Below the pieces are notes generated by a model. That model was not told the origin of the DNA. It ran no database searches and saw nothing but the letters and a program-made list of their open reading frames with translations. Shown piece after piece: positions 9,898-15,988 of a DNA stretch of 15,988 nucleotides. Origin of the DNA: an uncultured archaeon (GTDB taxonomy: Archaea > Asgardarchaeota > Lokiarchaeia > Sigyniarchaeales > SOKP01); contig CAZOYD010000070.1 in NCBI GenBank assembly GCA_964583985.1, forward strand, positions 1 to 15,988, written 5' to 3'. Numbering within the stretch: the stretch's first letter is position 1; each line of letters opens with the position of its first letter. The position numbers were made by a program, and so were the translations under genes.

Positions 9898-10887
9898 TTA
9901 GAAATCGATATCATGTCCTGTATTACTCGTTAAAGCTCGATCATATACTAACTTTGCAACTGCTACATCTTGAGCGCTTATACCAACTGATTTAAACACC
10001 GTGATATCATTTTCGGACTTCCGACCATGTTTTTTCCCGATGATGATATCTCCGATTGATATAATATCATTTTCAGTAATGACTCCTTCATTAATTGGTA
10101 TGATATAATCACCAGCTTCAGCTAGACATGCCTCCTTTAAACCAGCAACCCGTAAATTTGCCCTTTTAATGGTTGTTGAATCTAATTCTCTCACAGTGGC
10201 AGCATGAGCACCTATGGATGAAATATGCATGCCCTCTGGAATTATCTCACCTGAAAATAAAGGTGTTGTACTAGTAGTTGCAGCGACTAGAATATCTGTA
10301 TCAACCAGCAATTCATCTCCTGAATTGGTAATTTCGACAGTGATCCCTAATTCTTTCTCTAATTCTTCCTTAAATGATTCGGCAACGGATCGATTCAAAT
10401 CATAAACTTTGCATTTTTCTAATTTTTGATTGAGTGCCCAATAGACTCCAACAACTTGCTTTCGTGCTTGGACTCCAGCGCTATATATGCCCATTGTCTT
10501 GCTATTTTTTCGAGCTAAGTATTTTACACCTACTCCTGTAGCTGCACCGGTTCTCATGGCAGTGATTAAGCTTCCATCCATGATTGCAATTATGTCTCCG
10601 GTATCCATATCTTGTACCATAATTTTAGCTAATACTGTTGGCATATTATGTTTTATAGGATTTTCCTTATAGACTGAAACAATTTTTGTGGCAAGAGCAC
10701 CCATTTTACCTCCAATTAATCCCGGCATTATTAAAGTCAATCCCGGTGCAGGATCTGTTATGGCTATTCTTTGAGGTACTATAGCATTTCCTAAAGAAAG
10801 TTGCTTGTATGCTTCTTCCACATACTCTAATGCATCAGTCATGTTTAATAATTCATTTACATCTTGTTTTGACAGTAGTCGTACCAT
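9898..10887 (-). CDS. Ornithine cyclodeaminase / mu-crystallin family (archaeal alanine dehydrogenase-like)
   Basis: LIMPG, ATKIVSVY, DGSLITAMRTGAA, Rossmann-like SAGVQA, HISSIGA, ITVFKSVGISAQD. Confidence 0.93.
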   Translation of the reverse strand: MVRLLSKQDVNELLNMTDALEYVEEAYKQLSLGNAIVPQRIAITDPAPGLTLIMPGLIGGKMGALATKIVSVYKENPIKHNMPTVLAKIMVQDMDTGDIIAIMDGSLITAMRTGAATGVGVKYLARKNSKTMGIYSAGVQARKQVVGVYWALNQKLEKCKVYDLNRSVAESFKEELEKELGITVEITNSGDELLVDTDILVAATTSTTPLFSGEIIPEGMHISSIGAHAATVRELDSTTIKRANLRVAGLKEACLAEAGDYIIPINEGVITENDIISIGDIIIGKKHGRKSENDITVFKSVGISAQDVAVAKLVYDRALTSNTGHDIDF

Positions 10888-10908
10888 AAAGACAAGTATT
10901 TACAATAC

Positions 10909-10917
10909 TATTTAAAA
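10909..10917 (-). promoter_or_regulatory. Candidate archaeal TATA box (leaderless transcript)
   Basis: TTTTAAATA on the minus strand, 22-30 nt upstream of ATG 10887, with no SD visible. The AT-rich background weakens this call. Confidence 0.35.
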
Positions 10918-11051
10918 TTTAAGCCAATTTTCCTACACTCATTTTCTACCAATCTCGAAATTTTAGTGATATCTAAATACATTTAGAAACAAAAAATAAA
11001 AAGTCATGATCCCTTCATATATATGAAATATAAAAAAAAGTTAAAAAAATC

Positions 11052-11444
11052 ATGTCACCAAAGCAGAAAAAAGGAGCAAAAAAAGGTAGAAGGACCTATG
11101 GACCACCAACAGATCAACCAGTAGTAACCCGAGTAAGAATGCCAAGAAAACGGGATGGAGAAATGTTTGGACGAGTGGTTGAGATATATGGTCAAGAGCG
11201 CATGGAAATATTCTGTGAAGATGGGAAATCTCGCATAGGAAGGATAAGGGGAAAAATTAAAAAAAGAGTCTGGGTAAGGAAAGGAGATTTAGTGATTGTC
11301 AATCCTTGGAATTTTGAAACGGTTGTTCAAGATCAAAAGGAGAAATGCGAGATATTCTGGAGATACTTAAAACATGAAGTATCTTGGTTAGAACGGAATA
11401 ATCGTTTACCTGAAATTCTGGATATAAACAACATCCCTCTATAA
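11052..11444 (+). CDS. eif1a: Archaeal translation initiation factor 1A (aIF-1A)
   Basis: RVRMP..DGEMFGRV, CEDGKSRIGRIRGKIKKRVWVRKGDLVIVNPW and WRY...V.WL are the aIF-1A signatures. Confidence 0.96.
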   Translation: MSPKQKKGAKKGRRTYGPPTDQPVVTRVRMPRKRDGEMFGRVVEIYGQERMEIFCEDGKSRIGRIRGKIKKRVWVRKGDLVIVNPWNFETVVQDQKEKCEIFWRYLKHEVSWLERNNRLPEILDINNIPL

Positions 11445-11480
11445 AAAGAAATATCATTATACACTACTATTATTTAATAC

Positions 11481-11882
11481 TTAACAATTAATCATCTCAT
11501 TCAATTTCATAAATAGGGCTTCTAGAGTGGAAACTTTCTCTTTTCCTTGAATTTCGAGAATGTGGATTCGATCTCGGGGATTCATTTTCTGATCTTCTTT
11601 AGTTGCCTCAGAATAACTGATCTTTTGAACTGGTATAAATTCTGGATAAATTTCATGATCTTCCAGATAATGAAATGTTAGATAATGAAACAATAGTGAT
11701 TGTTTGGAAGAATTCCATGTGGGATGTTTGGTGATCATGAAAAACCCCTCATTTATTCTCTCTCCACATTTAGGGCATTCTGTAAAGCTATTAACTTTAT
11801 GATGTTCAATCTCAATTAAACGTTTTCTAAGGATGCTTAAATTATTAATTTTTGAAACTATATAGCTTATTTTACTATTCAT
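11481..11882 (-). CDS. Hypothetical protein with CxxC and His cluster
   Basis: 133-aa ORF containing ECPKCGE and FHYLTFHYLEDH. Confidence 0.65.
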   Translation of the reverse strand: MNSKISYIVSKINNLSILRKRLIEIEHHKVNSFTECPKCGERINEGFFMITKHPTWNSSKQSLLFHYLTFHYLEDHEIYPEFIPVQKISYSEATKEDQKMNPRDRIHILEIQGKEKVSTLEALFMKLNEMINC

Positions 11883-11902
11883 GATATAGTGATTTGGAAA
11901 AA

Positions 11903-12085
11903 TTATTCTTTATTTCTTTCTTTTCTTTTTTTAAGAACCTCATTTAATGCATTCTGCCTGTATCGTTCTTGTTCATCCAAAAAATCAGGATTATTCATAT
12001 TTACTTTCATATTTTCTACCATAGCTCTAGCAACATCTTCAGCAGTATTAGCTGTCTTTTCGCTTTTCTCCTTTTTTTCTTCCAT
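11903..12085 (-). CDS. Small charged hypothetical protein (about 60 aa)
   Basis: MEEKKEKSEK...KKRKERNKE, with a helical charged composition and a purine-rich coding strand. ATG at 12085 is preferred to the upstream TTG at 12094. Confidence 0.6.
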   Translation of the reverse strand: MEEKKEKSEKTANTAEDVARAMVENMKVNMNNPDFLDEQERYRQNALNEVLKKRKERNKE

Positions 12086-12155
12086 CCAAAACAACTCTTA
12101 ATTCTTATTTTTCTATAAGAAATAAATAATAAAATCTATATAAAAAATAGTCTTA

Positions 12156-13157
12156 TTATTTCTTCGAGTATGAACTCAGTATGTCATCAGGTAAATGGAT
12201 CGCAAATTTGCATTCTAGATCACCATTAAGTGCTGTTTTAATAGGCTCTACCGCGATGGACTGTTCGAAAATTTGATCCCAATAAAGTTTATACCAACCT
12301 GCGCTACAATGGCAGAAGTCTTTTGAAATTTCCTTTTCAGTACCATTTTTTAGTGCACCTCTCACCCACGGACAATAGCAAATGAAAAATCTTTTCATTT
12401 TATCACCATCGGCATCTAAAAATTCCCTCATTTGATAAGGAAGCTTGGAGACATATATAATATTTCCCTCTCTAATTCCTTGAGATATTACTTGGTTATA
12501 TCGTACGTATTGAACTATCTCATCATCGATGTATTGTGCAAATTCCAATGTTCCTTCATCTCTATGCTTTTCAAGCCGGGTAATTAAATCGTGATGTTTT
12601 TTCTTTAAGAAGTCATCTAAACCCAATTTTTTAAGGAGTTTTTTATCACCTTCGATATCATCCGGAGGTCGTCCATGCAGACAAGGTGCAAGGAGTTTTA
12701 CAGTATTTTCTTTCCCGAGTTTGTCTTCCATTCTTTTTAAAATAACCTTCGTGAATTCAGGTTTCTTTTTAGGGTTGACTCCAAGGGGAGGTATGGTTAA
12801 ATCTTTAAAAATTTCATTTCTTGTTGATTCCCCATAAATTTTAGCTACTCTTGTATACAAGTTATCCATGGCATTGTAAGATTCACTAATGTCTATCGCA
12901 ATTGTTATAAAATCATATCTCTTAGCATAATTAGCATAATTCATTATTGCCCTAAGAAAAATTAACACTGAATCTTTTTCCTGCAAGACGAGATGATCAG
13001 AATAATCCATAATTTTTATGGGTAAACTTGTTTCAAGTGTTAAATTTTCTTTAAAGAGATATTCCTCGTAATTTTTAATTTGCTTGATAAACTCTTTTAT
13101 CAATAAATTATCAACTTTGTTTTCTTCCAAATAGTGCTTAAATTCAACTTCATTCAT
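12156..13157 (-). CDS. Hypothetical protein with a C-terminal Cys-rich DUF6144/V4R-like domain
   Basis: PCLH, ICYCPW, FCHCSAGWYK, ALNGDLECKFAIHL. The family name comes from motif recall, not a search. Confidence 0.75.
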   Translation of the reverse strand: MNEVEFKHYLEENKVDNLLIKEFIKQIKNYEEYLFKENLTLETSLPIKIMDYSDHLVLQEKDSVLIFLRAIMNYANYAKRYDFITIAIDISESYNAMDNLYTRVAKIYGESTRNEIFKDLTIPPLGVNPKKKPEFTKVILKRMEDKLGKENTVKLLAPCLHGRPPDDIEGDKKLLKKLGLDDFLKKKHHDLITRLEKHRDEGTLEFAQYIDDEIVQYVRYNQVISQGIREGNIIYVSKLPYQMREFLDADGDKMKRFFICYCPWVRGALKNGTEKEISKDFCHCSAGWYKLYWDQIFEQSIAVEPIKTALNGDLECKFAIHLPDDILSSYSKK

Positions 13158-13319
13158 AAATGATCAATTAATGGAGCATAATAGTAGAAATATTAATGTT
13201 TTGAATTTAGTATGACTCTAAATCCTTGTTATTATATAGAATTCTTTAGTATATTGTATAAATGGTTTCTTCAGCCCAAAGATACAAGAAAGATTAAAAA
13301 AGTATCATACGTTTGTTGG

Positions 13320-14153
13320 TTAATCTACCCAAAAGTCTTTTGCTAGCTGTCTTCTCGTGTGCCATAATCCATCTTTTTCAGTAAAACCAATTACACCCTT
13401 CCCTTGATCAGCATCCTTAATTTTCCACATTCCGCTAACGGCTCCAGTCAACGCACCGGATAAAACTTCAAAACCTTGAGCCGAATACAAGTCGCATTCT
13501 ACTCCACGATTGATTATAAATTTAAGTTGACGCATACCTTGTTGGTTTTTAGATTTAAGCACATCTAATAACAGTTCTACTTCGTTATCAAGTTGATCAT
13601 TTGGCACAACCCGATTCCATAGATTCCATTCTACTGCTTTTTTCCCCGGGTGAAGCGCACCGATAAGATTGATTTCTTTAGCTCTCCTTCGACCTATAAG
13701 TCGAGACAATCGCGTGGTACCTCCCCATCCAGGAGTTATCCCAACATCCACTTCGGGCATGCCCCATTTGGAACGTTCAGTCGCAATTACGAAATCGCAC
13801 ACCATGGTAATTTCCAAACCACCACCCACTGCAAACCCATCGACGGCTGCAATTGTAATTTTATCCAATTCTTCAAGTTGATTCGCCATGTTTTGATAAT
13901 ATCTCACCCGCCTTGTAATATCATTCGCATTTCCCCATTTAATCATTTCTTTAATATCATCACCCACGCAGAAATTATCTCCAGCTCCCTTGATAACCAA
14001 AAACTTGAGTTTTGCAGATTCCCTCACGATTTCTATGGCAGCAACTATCTCTTCAGATAATTTCATGCTTAATGCGTTCATGACATCAGATCTATTAAGA
14101 ATTATCCAAGCTACTTCATCTGACTCTTGATAAATTAAATTTTCGAATTTCAT
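13320..14153 (-). CDS. Enoyl-CoA hydratase/isomerase (crotonase) family
   Basis: LNRSDVMNALS, FCVGDDI, IAAVDGFAVGGGLEI and GMPEVDVGITPGWGGTTRL. Both catalytic Glu positions are present. Confidence 0.95.
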   Translation of the reverse strand: MKFENLIYQESDEVAWIILNRSDVMNALSMKLSEEIVAAIEIVRESAKLKFLVIKGAGDNFCVGDDIKEMIKWGNANDITRRVRYYQNMANQLEELDKITIAAVDGFAVGGGLEITMVCDFVIATERSKWGMPEVDVGITPGWGGTTRLSRLIGRRRAKEINLIGALHPGKKAVEWNLWNRVVPNDQLDNEVELLLDVLKSKNQQGMRQLKFIINRGVECDLYSAQGFEVLSGALTGAVSGMWKIKDADQGKGVIGFTEKDGLWHTRRQLAKDFWVD

Positions 14154-14176
14154 ACTCTATACTTGATCTGTTATTA

Positions 14177-14183
14177 ATATAAA
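14177..14183 (-). promoter_or_regulatory. Candidate archaeal TATA box (leaderless transcript)
   Basis: TTTATAT on the minus strand, 24-30 nt upstream of ATG 14153, preceded by purine-rich AGAAA (BRE-like). Confidence 0.35.
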
Positions 14184-14297
14184 TATATTTCTAATAGAGA
14201 TTATTTGAAGATTATCTAAAGCATTGAATCATATATTTGATTGTTGCTAAAAATAAATAAAAAATAAAGTACTCCAAAATAACCTATACTATTTCAA

Positions 14298-14948
14298 TTA
14301 ATCGATATTATATCCTTTTTCTTCCCACGCTTTTCGCATTATAGGATTATGCTTTAAATATTCATCAACTATATTTTTAGGAACGCCGTTCAATGGACAG
14401 CTAAAGTTAGGGCATTTTGAACAACTGAGAAAATGCATTGAAACGATCCAAATAATTGATAAACCCAACGAAATTCCGAAATAAAGATACAATCCTAGCA
14501 AAAGTAGCGAAATTAAAGGGATAGCAGTGAAAATAAGGATGCCAATTATGAATTGAATTTGTTCTGATCGACTCATGGGTGCGGGATTGTACTTCCACGC
14601 TTTATAAAGACCATAATTTGCATAACATTTCACTGTTTTCTCATCTTTAAATGCATAATAAGGACAATGACTGCAAAGAATTTTATTCTCCCAAATTTGG
14701 AAGAAAAACACTAAATACCCTATATAGAGTGAGAACAAGAAAATCAGTTGAAAAATAGTTACATCTCCAGAAATAAATCCAAATGCTAATCCCCAGATCC
14801 AAGTAATCCAAACGGCTAAAACGGGAATCAGAAAATAGATAGTGTCTTTTATATCAAACCTACACATCAATTTTCCATTAACAGAACATTGTTGGCAAAC
14901 TGTACCATTATTATCGCAGATATTGCGTGGTTGATTTTTATTTTTCAT
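14298..14948 (-). CDS. Cys-rich integral membrane protein (about 4 TM), function unknown
   Basis: C..CQQC..C N-terminus, TM pair, LCSHCPYY...C, second TM pair, CSKCPNFSCPLN. Confidence 0.8.
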   Translation of the reverse strand: MKNKNQPRNICDNNGTVCQQCSVNGKLMCRFDIKDTIYFLIPVLAVWITWIWGLAFGFISGDVTIFQLIFLFSLYIGYLVFFFQIWENKILCSHCPYYAFKDEKTVKCYANYGLYKAWKYNPAPMSRSEQIQFIIGILIFTAIPLISLLLLGLYLYFGISLGLSIIWIVSMHFLSCSKCPNFSCPLNGVPKNIVDEYLKHNPIMRKAWEEKGYNID

Positions 14949-14990
14949 GCTTTAAACCTCCAAAAATAGAAACACGTTTTTATCTCAAAC

Positions 14991-15491
14991 CTATTTGTAT
15001 GATAACGTATTGATTATTTCTGATGCCCATTCCCTTGCCACTTTAACCTGTTCCTCGGGATTATTTGCTAAAGGTCCCGTAAAAGTGCGTTCTCCCACGA
15101 TATTATTTTCTTGCAACTCTTTCTTAAGTCTTTGCAATGCTTTGTTACCATTACCTCCAGCACAATTCCAAATAGCTAGATTTTTGTCTGAAAGATCGTT
15201 CATTGCTAGATAACTCCTGATGGATGGTGTTAATGTCCACGCCCACACAGGCGTTCCTAAAAAGATTAAATCATAATCTTTAGGATCATATTTGAGAGCT
15301 TCCAGTTTTGGTTTCTGTTTCATTTTAGCATGCATTCCACCCCAAAAAAAGCGAAATCTACTTTCAGAATCCAAATCTTTTATGGGTTTAATACGTTCTA
15401 TATCGGCACCCGTTTGTTCCTTTATTGCTTCAGCAATGAGATGTGTGTTACCGCTAAGGGAGTAGTATACAATTAATATTTTAGTTATCAT
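14991..15491 (-). CDS. Flavodoxin-like protein
   Basis: FMN-binding loop YYSLSGNTHLIA and YDLIFLGTPVWAW. Confidence 0.93.
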   Translation of the reverse strand: MITKILIVYYSLSGNTHLIAEAIKEQTGADIERIKPIKDLDSESRFRFFWGGMHAKMKQKPKLEALKYDPKDYDLIFLGTPVWAWTLTPSIRSYLAMNDLSDKNLAIWNCAGGNGNKALQRLKKELQENNIVGERTFTGPLANNPEEQVKVAREWASEIINTLSYK

Positions 15492-15671
15492 TATATTAAC
15501 CTTAGAGTGTTTTGTATCTAAAAAAAATTTTCATTTTTGCAAATTGATATTAGCAGAAAATTATAGTTTAATCACAAAATTATATCGATTAAAATGCAGA
15601 GTCTCAAAAAATTGATAAATCAATAACCCTATAGTATAATTTTAAAATAAAATAATAGGAAAAAAAGTCTT

Positions 15672-15986
15672 TTAACCTTGGAATCTCTTTTCTAGTGTCT
15701 TTTCATGCAAAAAGAAAGAAAGAAATAAAAAGCCAAGACCAAATAATATGAGTACACCAAAATCTATCAATAGTCCGAACATTCCAAACACGCTTAAATC
15801 TCCAAAACTAACATTTATTATGTCAATAAAATAAGTAAGTGGAGATACATATGCTATTGGCGTTAATACAATTGGCATAAATAATGGAGTCATAAATACA
15901 AGAGGGAATTTTATAAGAATGGTAAGAATCATAGTACTCCCTGGCGTACTTGATGATGGAACCGAAAGTATTAAACTAAAACATGA
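15672..15986 (-). CDS. ABC-2 type transporter permease, C-terminal part (5' end outside the window)
   Basis: The frame is open to the window edge (SCFSLILSVPSSSTPGSTMILT...). It has hydrophobic helices and SPLTYFIDII, resembling the ABC-2 NPLTY motif. Confidence 0.7.
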   Translation of the reverse strand, partial: SCFSLILSVPSSSTPGSTMILTILIKFPLVFMTPLFMPIVLTPIAYVSPLTYFIDIINVSFGDLSVFGMFGLLIDFGVLILFGLGFLFLSFFLHEKTLEKRFQG

Positions 15987-15988
15987 AA

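Noticed and set aside
11312-11338. Small hairpin at the short insertion in aIF-1A (ETVVQDQK) as a second intron
   Set aside because: The frame is open, the inverted repeats are short and AT-rich, and I could not build a convincing 3-4-3 BHB. It is more likely a loop insertion.

Overview
AT-rich archaeal DNA, identified as archaeal by an aIF-1A gene. The gene content resembles Asgard/Lokiarchaeia, but that assignment is inference. The window holds an acetoacetate-CoA ligase, a cold-shock-domain protein with a Gly/Arg tail, a GC-rich katG divergent from a Fur/PerR regulator with a palindromic operator, a PAS-PAS histidine kinase, an ornithine cyclodeaminase/AlaDH-family enzyme, aIF-1A, an enoyl-CoA hydratase, a flavodoxin, a partial ABC-2 permease and several hypothetical or Cys-rich proteins. 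Main result: the acetoacetate-CoA ligase is not simply split into two ORFs. It is interrupted inside its conserved WMMWNW motif by a 30-nt stop-containing insert (973-1002) that folds into an archaeal bulge-helix-bulge (BHB)-like structure. The predicted endonuclease cuts restore WMMWNW exactly, making this a candidate tRNA-type intron in a metabolic mRNA. A decayed second copy of the same gene's 3' end lies at 2807-2962.
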